Assembly (NCBI GenBank): GCA_051294905.1 | Contig: CM119378.1 | Location: 6,448,001 to 6,512,000 of the forward strand | Origin: Botryllus schlosseri | Taxonomy: Eukaryota | Direction of reading: 5' to 3' | Length of the DNA: 64,000 bases | Shown here: positions 1 to 10,719 of the stretch, piece by piece | How positions within the stretch are numbered: position 1 is the stretch's first letter | How the letters are laid out: the number at the start of each line of letters is the position of its first letter | Position numbers and translations under genes: made by a program | Notes under the pieces: model-generated | What the model saw: the letters and a program-made list of their open reading frames with translations, nothing else | What the model was told of the DNA's origin: nothing | Databases searched by the model: none

Positions 1-549
1 TACTGCCGAAAGATTCATACGTTAGATGTGATGAGAATATAGATTGAGTTGGGATATCACGAATATCCAAATCCTGGAAGTGAAGTATATCGATTTTTGG
101 TAGTATGACAAACTTGAGAGGTTATTGAAAATACATGTCGCGTGTATAGTATCTATGACACATGTGGATTGTGAAATAAGGATATAGAACTCATGAAGTT
201 TCAATGAATCGTATACCCCTTGTAGTTAAAGTAAAGATAACGACGGGCTCATGGCAGGATTAATTACTGTGCCATGGATTCCACTGTAGCGAAGAGTCTT
301 CGACCTTGTCCTGGCCTGTACTTTGGCTGTGGGGTTTTCGTTTTTTACATATGTATAATGGAATTGTTAGCAGCAATGCATTGAAGGGCGACGTCATATC
401 GCACGATACATTTCGTATATTCCGTTAAGGCTAATGTTTTGAATCTTGTCCATTGTATTAAATATTACAATTGCAACAAAAAATACTTTGCATTTCAGTT
501 GAAAACGGACATCACTTTATCTATATAGTTGTTCCAAGTCGTCTTAGCA

Positions 550-1283
550 ATGCTACTAAGCGCAAGTAAGGCGTGCCTTCTCGTTGGTCTCATACTGTCA
601 GCTAGCACAGTAACCGGACAAAACGCCGTAACAAATCAATCGGTAAAGTCGACCACCACCATTCCTACTTCTCATCCGAGATTCGCAAGACTCACGGTAC
701 GAGGAGAGTGCGGAATATCAGCAAAGCTCTTCAACGCCCTGAAAGATGTAAGCTGCCCGTACGAAGGATCGGGGAAATCTCTGTTGAAGAGTCGCAAACA
801 AGAGTTACGGTGTTGTGCGCTAGTCACTGCAAACTTTGAAATCGAATGGAGCCACGGGGGATCCTATTTGCAGACTTATTTAGAGAAACTCAAGTTGTGG
901 CGTTGCTTCGAACTTGATCATGTCTGCCGGACGGAGGTGTATTCGCGGTTCTCACAGTACTCCAATCTTTCGGTTATGTATTACTGCGACAATGCAAAGT
1001 TTCGAGAGATTTGCGCCCTCGAACTTTCGTCTGCCCGTGGACTTCCAGTCGGTACCGACTGGGAAAAAGCGCTGGACGGGTTTGTTCCATCTCGCTACGG
1101 CCCTGATACCTTGGCGAAACCTTGCATTCAAGTTGCGTCCTACCATTCTGACTCGGGTGGATTGGGATACTACCACGAAGTTGTTCAGGCGCATACGCCT
1201 TTCTGCGACATTTCGTGGTGCGGCTTTGACACTGCGTCGATTGATAAATTTGCACTATCAAGTTGGAACTGCCTCTCTTCATC
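550..1283 (+). CDS. GPCR gene 1, exon 1: signal peptide + cysteine-rich ectodomain
   Basis: ORF 529..1287 starts with TTG; first ATG at 550 (MLLSASKACLLVGLILSASTVTG, signal-like). Cys pattern shared with five paralogs (CC..W..C..C..C..C..PC..PFC..WCG..WxC). Donor TC|GTAAGT at 1284, phase 2. Confidence 0.9.
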
Positions 1284-1518
1284 GTAAGTACATTCGTATT
1301 CAAGGCCCGTTGTTTGTATTTTGAGCATGCCAGTCTGAGAGGTAGGCTTTTCTATGCTGTATTTGATGAGACTAATTTTCCGCATGGAAAACCGAAGCTG
1401 CTCGTGCTGCGACATGCCAATGACGCTGCAGAAAACAGCGTGCATTTGACAGAAGAAAAATGGAACTGCGATCGTTTTGAAGCTAGATTTAGATTTGGAC
1501 TTAAGAATGTGTAATAAT

Positions 1519-1913
1519 TCGGGCAAGCAAATAGTTACATTTAATTTTCACAAAAGTCACACAGAAAAGTTGCATTTATGTGCAAGTTCCTTGAAATTAT
1601 TAGGGTATGAGATACTCGGATCGTTGCGTATCCAAGGCACTGTAGCAAAACTCAATGTTGACGACTTCAACAAAGTCAATAGCCTGAAAAAATTGATCCA
1701 GTCAAAATATAATTTTCGGCGGTCTAGCCTGGATGTACGTCAAATCAGAAAGGACCTCAAATTCAACGACAGTGAAATAATCAAGCGATCTATTTACATA
1801 TAGTGCCAGGTATTAGTTGGTTGCATAAAAAATCGAAAACAGTTGGAAAACGTTGCATGAAAAATTGAAAAGAGTTGCAAAAAGTTGCATGAAAAATCGA
1901 AAAACTTGCCCTA
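1519..1913. mobile_element. Degenerate hAT-type MITE in gene 1 intron
   Basis: Ends TCGGGCAAG / CTTGCCCTA; flanks GTAATAAT / GTAAAAAT (7/8); internal GTTGCA/AAAATCGAAAA subrepeats at 1815-1910. Confidence 0.5.
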
Positions 1914-2272
1914 GTAAAAATGTAATTCCCATGCGACTTTTGTCCTTAGCGAATATTGACTTGGATTTGGATATCCTATACGAATGAAGTCTTGATTCAA
2001 AAATTTAATATGCGTTTTATCTCTGAAACCGAGCAGTACAAGTAGCCTACGTCTGCAGTATATGGTTAGCGGTTAGGTCAGATATCTGCATACTGATGGC
2101 ACGCCATTTTTCATTCAAGCAGTGTCATTTAATTATAGATACCTAATAAATCAATAGATATTTAGCGTAGGCGATGTCGTTTATTGATGTTCTGCCTCCG
2201 GTAATGACGCTATTTCCCGCCTTCGCGGAACGATTAGAAAGTCCCTGTAATCAACAAACTTCACTTTTGCAG

Positions 2273-3635
2273 GTGTCAGACAAGCCTAATCATCGCCTGC
2301 GTAGTATGCGGTCTCCTGGCGTTCGCGATCGTCCTGGCGAACATCACCGTAATCGCCGTGTTCACGACGAGTCCCAAACTTCGAAACAGCCAAGCGGTCT
2401 ACAAAATATCGCTGGCGATCGCTGATTTGATAGTTGGGATATTTGTGATACCTACTTTCATATCGTCGCTACTGCTACTGCATAAATCAGGTTTCAGCAT
2501 GGGGGAAGTTATTGCGAACGCTTCACACAACAGTGTCGGCGCAGCGAAACGTTTGCCTGCGTCTGGAGGCCTAGTAAGCAATTTTACAACGGAATATCTC
2601 AACTTTGTCGGTTTCTTCACCATCCTCTCCTTGATGGTATCCATTTATACTCTTATGCTGGCCAGTTGCGATAGATTCATGGCGATTTACCAGCCTCTGC
2701 GGTACGGCAGACACAACGCGAAAAGGATCGCGACTTGGGCGTCGCTTCTACTCTGGGTGATCGCCATATTTGTATCGGCCCTGCCTCTGTTTCTGCCCGA
2801 GTTCAGCTTCGGAATCGCAGCATCTATTATGGTGGCGGTAGCCAACAGTGACGCCGCGCTGTTCTATGGAATAATTTTAATAATTCCGTTGGTGCTTGTT
2901 TGGATTTCCACGATAGCTACATACGCGTCTACATTGATGCACGCTTTCAAACGCAGGCACTTGACGGTACGGAGGACCAATAGCGGAAGCAGAACTGCCA
3001 GCAACATGGAGACTAGGCTGGCGAAGACGCTAGCTGCAATGGTCGGCGTGTTTACTATCTGCATCGTCCCGCCTGTGATAATGCTTGTAGTTCCGCTTTT
3101 CGTGCCGAAATTACTCCCATTCTGCGTTGACACGTTTCAGCCTTACGACAGCAAAGTTGTCGTGTCTGCCGAATTTGTCGCCATCTTGCTGCTGATGACC
3201 AACAGCCTGTGGAATTGCCTCATATACAATGCTCGAAGTGAGGATTTCAAAATGACCGCGAAGCGTTTGCACAGAAGGTTTCTAGTCAGGATCGGAGCCA
3301 AGTATGTTTGGGGAAGGACCAGGTCTTGGGCTTCGACCACCATGCGATCGGGACGCCACAATTCATCGACTGGGCGACCGTCTCTGCGCAAAATGATCTC
3401 GAAGACATCGTTGCGCACCGTTTCCAGCGAACAGGGCACGGATAATCAAGACAGGAACAACCGAAACAGCACTGACGTCACTCGTACTTCTTCGACCGGA
3501 ACGAAAATCACGGAATTTAACCAATCTCATCCCGGGAAATACGCCGAAACAACCTCTGGAGAGACAAATAATGCCTTTGAGGCTCCAGCCATTCACGAAA
3601 CGGCCCGTGAGAACAGTGGTAGTGACATGGTTTGA
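2273..3635 (+). CDS. GPCR gene 1, exon 2: class A 7TM domain + long Ser/Thr-rich C-tail
   Basis: Acceptor TTTTGCAG|G at 2272/2273 restores frame (S|CQTSLIIAC). Seven hydrophobic helices; SLAIADL (TM2), ASCDRF (TM3), ETRLAKTL...FTICIVP (TM6), NSLWNCLIY (TM7). Spliced CDS 2097 nt = 698 aa + stop. Confidence 0.95.
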
Positions 3636-4791
3636 GTTTCTCACAGCGATCGCAGTGCAACAAAAGCTCCTGTCTGTCTGCTTGTGTAACGAGTCGACTG
3701 TGACTGCTATATAATACTGACTGTGCACTGTGCAGGCAGATTCTGCATTGCGCTTCGAAGACATGGAGGAGGTCTGACGGAACTTAATGATAAAGTAGCA
3801 TCTGATGCCTTCTTCAAATAATTCAATGTGTTGTACGCCACAGATGAAGGTGCATCATCGGCCTATGGGTACTGTAGGCCAGTGGACGGTAACTCGTAGT
3901 CCGCGGGTCGGAACATGTACACTTGTACAGTACACTGTACAGAGTGTACAGTGTACACGTCTTATTCGTCACATTTTGGGCACCTAATAGTGTATGAGCT
4001 GCAATCAATTCTAAATGTTGAGCATTTGCGATTTCTGAATACCGGTCCGCTAAAATAATTCCGTTTTGAAATCGGTTCGCAAAGCAAAAAAAGGTTGCCG
4101 ACCCTTGCTGTAGGCAATATCTGCTGTATGTGACACCATGATATCTGTTGTGCAATTCGAAATGCACCCTCGAAACTAAATATCCGATTTATGTAGAGTT
4201 TCGTGGAACGTTATGATTTACGTCCAAGGTTCGATTTGCATCAAAGAAAGTCTTGGCGTCGACGGCGTATGGCTCGCTTTCGTTCCTGGTATAGTGACAA
4301 AACACGGGCCAGGAGTGTATTTTTGGTCGTTGTGCGTAAAAATTATATTGTACACTGAAATTCTAGTGGTGAACAAGGGACAAACGAACGCAACAGTGGT
4401 TTCTTCGATGAATTCAATCCTTTCAGTATCTACTATTTATGAATGATGCACAATACATATTCTATTACATTCGGATATTTCCGTGGTACTACAGTGGTTT
4501 TGAAGATTGATTTAGTACGACTCTATGCAGTATGCAGCACCAGCTGAACTCTCTGGTTGTATTTCAGTATACGTTACCCAACAGAGTTGAAGGACTAGGA
4601 AACTTTCAGCGGTAATATTTCCAAATTAGATTATAGAATAAAATTATTGATGAAGTCGCAAAAACTGAATTGTATTAAATTTAATTTAGGTCCGAATTAG
4701 AAAGAAAGACACGAAAATTCAAGTTCAGTTCTGCTCATATCAAATCAGAGTTCACTCACCAAGCTTAAACAGCTATAGTTTCGCTCCATAC

Positions 4792-5680
4792 CAGTGGTTC
4801 TCAACCTTTTTGTTGTCTCTTGAAAATAACAACATACCATATGTAGAAATCGGATAGACTTATATGATTTCCAAGGGAACTTTCAAGCTGTATTTATTGT
4901 CTTGAAAATCCGCGTCTTCGATTAGACATGAACGAGTGCTAAAAATCCATTTTCACAAAGATATGTTGGCGGCGAATGTAATATTAACGCGTAACGCTTC
5001 CGACCGCAGATTTTGGTGAGTTTTTATTGAACATACCACCTCCAGTCTAGTCATTTCTATCTAGCATTTCACAGGGTTGTAATGACTCGAGTCGCGATTT
5101 TTTGGTGACTCGACTTGACTCGAGTCATTTCTTCAAATGCGTAAAATGACTCGACTCGAGCTTTTACTAGCTGACTTGGACTCGGACTTGACTCGGTGGT
5201 GAATTGAAAATGACTCCACTTGACTCGAGTCAAAACTGTAAAAGTGAGATTGACTTGTGACTCGGAACGTTGTAACTTGGTTACAACCCTGGCATTTCAT
5301 ATTGAAGGTTTTTAGTGGTTATATCACGGGAGAAAATGGATTTCGTGACGAGTTTTCAATTCCTTAATTGGGGCAGAATAGGAAAAGAATTCCGGAATTT
5401 CTATTTCAAAACGACTGTTTGCTGATATTGACAACTCCAAATCCAAAATGTTTTGCAAACATTTCGAAGTCACCCTGACAATTAAAATGAGCTTGCACAG
5501 TCGGATATTTCATATCAGACGACCATCCGAGTCCTAAAGTTTCAGCATTATGAAGTGAAACTGGCTCATACTTTTCCTAATTAAAAAAAAATAAAGATTA
5601 TGTTGTCGATCATTTTACAAATTGAGAGGCTTCGTGGACCCCCCAAAAATGCTTCACGGACCCCCGGTTGAGAACCACTG
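4792..5680. mobile_element. Non-autonomous hAT (Charlie/Buster-like) element
   Basis: Perfect 15-bp TIR CAGTGGTTCTCAACC; flanks CTCCATAC / CTCTATAC (7/8); carries a nested MITE. Confidence 0.85.
5072..5291. mobile_element. 220-bp hAT MITE nested in 4792..5680
   Basis: Perfect 11-bp TIR CAGGGTTGTAA; exact 8-bp TSD GCATTTCA; filled with GACTCGAGTC/GACTTGACTC subterminal motifs. Confidence 0.9.
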
Positions 5681-6189
5681 CTCTATACAGTTCTCATGTA
5701 TTATTTTTGGGAAAACCATATTAGAATTAAATTAATACCGTAGAAGCGTTTCGCAAGATAGATTAGAACTAAATTATCGCCATTTGTCCCTAGTTAGTCT
5801 AGCTAGAGTTGTCCAGGTCTGCTACCCAATGACGATCACATATTGCTGAACACCTGAGAAGATGTTTAGCTGCAGTAGCGTCACCTTGTGGTGAACGTCA
5901 AATTTAACAGCCTCTGCACATGCCCAGTCTATCGAGAAAGTAACCGTCCTGGTGGCCCGGTTATCGGCGAAAATACATATCACGGAAAAGAATTGGATGA
6001 ACTGAAAAACTGCGCCGGCGGCACGGACATATCGATAACGATATTGGAAATCAGGCCTCGGGCGTCTATATTTCTTAGATATCAGGGGTTGGCAACATAC
6101 GGTCCGCGGGCTGGATCCGGCCCGCGAAGGGATTTTGACCGGCCCACAGAGAGTTTCTACCGTGAAAGGGAAATTCTAATCTGAAATTA

Positions 6190-6703
6190 CAATTGGATAG
6201 TATATTCATATCGAATTGAACCCGAATATTTTCGGCTGACACTCGTCAGGGATAATCGTCAGCAACCATGGCGAAAAGCTCGCCCATGACTCATCCGCTC
6301 AAGCTCGATGCTGAGCGATCAAAGGCCAGAAACTATGCCATTGGCAAACATTTGTCGGATAATCCCGCTTGTGCAAAAAAATAATCAAGACGACAGATCT
6401 TGGCGTCATCGGAAGGGGCCGCTCACACTTTCATCTGTGTGCCTTGGAGTTGACCTTTATCAAAATACACCAGCCCAAGATTTGTCTAGAAAAAGGAGTT
6501 CGTGTAGCCTACCATCTTAAAATAATACATTGAACGCTCTCATATTCGAGATTACATTCCAAGCAGGTGACGTCATATTTTGTGATACGATTGTTGATAC
6601 ACAATGTTCTTTCGAATTCTCTGCTAGTTGCTGACGATTACCGCTGACAAGTGTCAGCCGAAAATCTTCGGGTACATTTCAATATGAATATGGTATTCAA
6701 TTG
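6190..6703. mobile_element. Tc1/mariner-like MITE with long imperfect TIRs
   Basis: TA|CAATTG...CAATTG|TA; ~80-bp imperfect inverted repeats (...ATTTTCGGCTGACAC...CGTCAGCAAC); related copy at 62211..62564. Confidence 0.8.
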
Positions 6704-6843
6704 TATATTGAAGTTCTGTACCCCCGATAAGCTCGTTAATCTAAAAGTATTGACAAATTTTATGCGTCACAAAATGAATCCAAGTGTGCCAACCTGGGCA
6801 AGATGGACATGAAACTACTACTTGCTCTGATCTGGTGTACATG

Positions 6844-8152
6844 CAGGGCCGTAACAGCACTTCGTCCGCCCCCCCCCCCCAAAAAAAAACGTTATTCTTG
6901 GGCCCCCCATAGTGTGATAAACCGAACTTCTGGGGGGCGAAGCTCTCAGCCTGTACGCAGTTTACCGCTGTTAACCATCTATATAGGGTGTCCGTTTGGT
7001 GACTACGATTTCTCGTCTGACCGCGCAGAGCGCGAAAAAAATGTATAATTCATGATTGAATCGGTCAATATGATCAAGAATTTCATATATATTGCTATCA
7101 ATTTTCATCCTCTCTCTGCTCACGTAATCAGATTTACTGGTAGAGCGGAGTGAGGTGTGTTTCAAAAGGTATGTAGGACCACTCAATAATAATAATTAAA
7201 CATCTCCGGGCGTATACCGACAGGAAAAAAACAGCACTTCGTCAGGCCACAAAAAAGGTACTTGGGTCGTGGGCTCCCATAGGGCGACAAACCGACTCCC
7301 CCTCTCATCACGTTGTTCGCTTTTACCACGAAATCAGTAGCACTCTGTAGTAAGCACGCGCCAAGCGCGAAAATTTTCGATGATTCATAATAAAATCGGT
7401 CAATAAGATCGGGATCTGCATATATATTGCAATCAAGTTCTTGTCCTCTCTGCTCGCGTAATCAGATTTACCGGTAGAGCTGATTGAGGTGTCTTGGAAA
7501 CTGCAGGGCCCGTAAATAATAATTAAATTTCTTCGGGCGGGCGGACCCGTTGGTATGACTTAGTTACATGATGTTATTTCGTGACCTCAGCAATATCAAA
7601 AAATGTTGAATCGCATAAACGTACTAAACTAAAAGACGCACACGATTTCAAATTGGTATTTCTTCACCGGCATATAATTTTTTCGTGCGGGGTGATATTT
7701 GTCTTGTGAGATTCAGATAGCCAAGACAGGAACATTCGTCGCCAGTCATTTAGGCGCCTATGGACAATTAAACCTATATGTATCAGCATAAGCGCAGTCC
7801 TTTTCGGCCAGGGTTTTCTCGCTGCCGATCGTTCTGGCACACCTCTTGGAGTCGCATGTTACACTGGCCTAAAACTTTATATCTTGGTGCGTCGTGGCGC
7901 GGTAATGGCCAACGCCGATATGCCTATTTCTATAAATCTTGTGTATATATGTTCTTGGATGAAGAGTGCCCAATAATGAAGATATTTGGCAACTAGAAAT
8001 CGCGCGGGGCGCAAAATTTATTTGAAAAAGCTGCATAAATTTTCAAAAAATACTCTATAATTTATGCTAATTCACGAAATAATTTTGGGCCCCTTCGAGC
8101 TCGCCCCCCCCCCACCAATTGGCGGGCTTGGGGTGCGGCTGTTACGGTGCTG
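6844..8152. mobile_element. Non-autonomous hAT element with internal ~330-bp tandem units
   Basis: TIR CAGGGCCGTAACAGC / GCTGTTACGGTGCTG (13/15); exact 8-bp TSD TGTACATG; internal motifs recur with ~330-bp period. Confidence 0.85.
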
Positions 8153-8826
8153 TGTACATGTACATATATTTTCCACCGTGAACATTAACGAGACAAGGCT
8201 ACGTTCCAATATAACTGATGTTCACGTGCAGTCTTTACTAAGGGTTTCTACATACAACATGCAGTCAGCGTCCAAAGAACTTGTTGACAACTCTGACCCG
8301 CCACAGATGCCCGATTGATCTCAACAGCTACTGTTAATAAATTCATTGAACAGGCTACTGTTTTGGTGTCTATGCTTTAAACTTAATGTTCACATTAAAT
8401 ACGATTTAGTCCTTATGTAGGTGGATAAATGCGATTAATGTATTGTATATATTCTGTAATCAGGCCCGCCAAGTGCTTCATTTTCCCAAATCCGGCCCGC
8501 CGACCGGAGAAGTTGCCCGCCCCTGGTATAGATAAATACGCCGTGAATTGGGATACTGAACGAAATTCGAACCAACATCCCAACACTATGAAAAAGATTA
8601 AAACTTAAGAGATGTGACATGATGAATTAGTCTGAGGTATTTCACAATGAAGTTTTCATGCATATCGACGTTGGTGCAAATGGATGGTATTTCGGAACTG
8701 AAAATGACGTTCAAGTTTTGTGCAGTACTTTCACACTTCGTAGGGCCTACCCAAGGCGGCATTTCTCGTGTAACATATGTCCAGAATCACAATAGTGCAA
8801 TGTGCATTATTGTACGTCTAGATTAA

Positions 8827-10048
8827 TCATTCGTTGGCATTGAAGCCATTGTTTTCTCTTGCGTAGCGATACACAATTGGAGACGGCATTCCCTTGACCT
8901 CGTCAGCGGGTATAGTTTCCGACCTTTTCGTAGGAGATGGCAGCGTCGTGGATAAGGTAGATTTACGCGACCTCCCCCGTAAAATCGACATCCCGTGACT
9001 GTTTTCTGCCGCGCCTCTCTTCCCATAAAACTTCCGGAAAACGACCAAGTACAGGTGTCTTGTGCGCCGCTTGAATTCTTTGCTTCGCGCGTTATAAATG
9101 AAGCAGTTCCACAAGCTGTTAGTCATCAGGATAAGTATGGCCAACAGCTCGGATGACGTGAATGCGGTGTTGGCAACTGGATCGAAGTCGCGAGGGTGAT
9201 CGGGGTCGATGTTTGAGATTCCGTGTGGCACTACAAGTGTGATGATCGCAGGTAGCAAACACAAAGTGAATGTTCCGACCATTGTCGCTAGAGTGCGCGC
9301 GAGCCTCGCTTCAATACTTAACACCCCTGGTTTGTTGCGCAGTCGTTCGCTTCGCACGCTTATATTGTTACGTATCAACGCCTGCTTTCGTGTTATGACG
9401 TAAGCGTAGATTGTGGCTATCCACATAATAAGAAGGGGTATTAACACAACGATTGCGTACATGACAAGGCCTGGTGTTTTTATGGAGACTATCAGGACAG
9501 ACGCCACGACTCCGTACGTCATGTCGCGGACGAAGATGGGTAGAGCTGAGAATAGGATCCCAATCACCCATAACGTTAGTGATGCCCATATCGCGACCCT
9601 TTTGGCCTTGTGGCGGATGTACCGTAAAGGGCTGTGTATCGCTAAAAGTCTATCCAGGCTGGCCATCATTAAAGTGTATATCGATACAAGGAGAGATAAG
9701 CTTGTAGAGAACCCAATGAAACTAATGTATTCCGGCTCAAATCGGAAAGCAGTCGGTGAAATTGCCTTTCGCGGCCGGTACCCGTCTGTATTAGGTTGAA
9801 CATTAGGAATAACATCTCCCAGCTCAAGTTTGTTCTGATACGAAATCAGCAGCGACGATATGATCGATGGCAACACCAGTATACCGACAACCAAGTCGGC
9901 AACTGCGAGAGACGTTTTGTACAAAGCTTGACTGTTGCGCAGCTTTGGAGTCGTTGTGAACACGAGTATAACTGTGACGTTAGCGATTACAATTGCGGCG
10001 GATAGCAAACCGGATATCACAGCTATTACGATGACTCCTGCCTGGCAT
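8827..10048 (-). CDS. GPCR gene 2, exon 2: class A 7TM domain
   Basis: Acceptor TTTTGCAG|A at 10049/10048 (R|CQAGVIV). SLAVADL, ASLDRL, EARLARTL...FTLCLLP, NSLWNCFIY. Spliced CDS 1893 nt = 630 aa + stop. Confidence 0.95.
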
Positions 10049-10719
10049 CTGCAAAATAACATATGATGCATCACCATTAGCAATCGCATTGGTCGATAGG
10101 AATGGGCACAATGATTCGGGTGCTCGAATATGAATCGAGTATTTATTATAATGCTTCTCCTCGAGTAGGCCTAGTGAGAGATAATATTTCCTAGAGTAGT
10201 GAGAGATGCTCCTTTCGGATGTCAAAATATGGTAACCCTACTGTGGGGCACATGCGTAAAACCCGTAGTTTTTGAAACAATGAAATCTTAATTCACCACT
10301 TAATGTCGATTCCGATTATACTTATCTTAGTTATTTTAAACTATCTATGATATGGTTAACATATTTTGTGGATCAAATTCTGGGCACTCTTTAGCGCCCA
10401 CTAACGGATTCTAAAATTAGTTATGACATATTTTCAGTCAATGTGACGTCGCACTAACAAAGCTTTGCCTAACGACCAGAGGTAGTCACGATCCGGATCA
10501 GAAGCCCCTTCCCGCCAAAATTAACACTGATCTGGAACCCGCCATGGGTTATTCAATTCAATGACTACTTCACCTCGGAATCAAAAGCGCACAACTACAA
10601 CACACGCGCGTCCTCGAAGAACAACTACCAAATGTCCAGGAGTGAATACAAGAAAACGCATCGCTCTATCAAATATGCCGTGATGATGATGATGAACTTC
10701 TGGGGGGCTTACAATATGC

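Larger units (their letters stand above)
6083..8525. mobile_element. hAT-type MITE split by two nested insertions (same family as 37908..38432, opposite orientation)
   Basis: Ends CAGGGGTTGGCAAC / GTTGCCCGCCCCTG. 6083-6160 and ~8240-8525 align by eye to the two ends of the 37908 element. No clear TSD. Confidence 0.6.

Noticed and set aside
529-1287. Treating the six Cys-rich ORFs as independent secreted-protein genes
   Set aside because: Each ends at a canonical donor that joins in frame, same phase and position, to a 7TM exon lacking its own proper start; a joined gene is the simpler reading.
2358-3635. Naming the receptors opsin, adrenergic, dopamine, octopamine or adhesion GPCRs
   Set aside because: No Lys7.43, no Asp3.32, no GPS motif; no gene symbol is supportable.
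914-3764. Many 60-140 aa ORFs overlapping the GPCR exons on other frames or strands (also at 9209-10225, 25198-25624, 27393-28448, 56256-56678)
   Set aside because: Expected shadows of GC-richer coding exons; no motifs, and many use TTG/GTG starts irrelevant to a eukaryote.
5084-5270. CRISPR-like repeat arrays (GACTCGAGTC/GACTTGACTC; also 10730-10860, 11500-11700 and GGAGTC at 58180-58300)
   Set aside because: Short irregular motifs confined within TIR/TSD-bounded elements, no constant-length unique spacers, no cas genes, eukaryotic context; they are transposon subterminal repeats.
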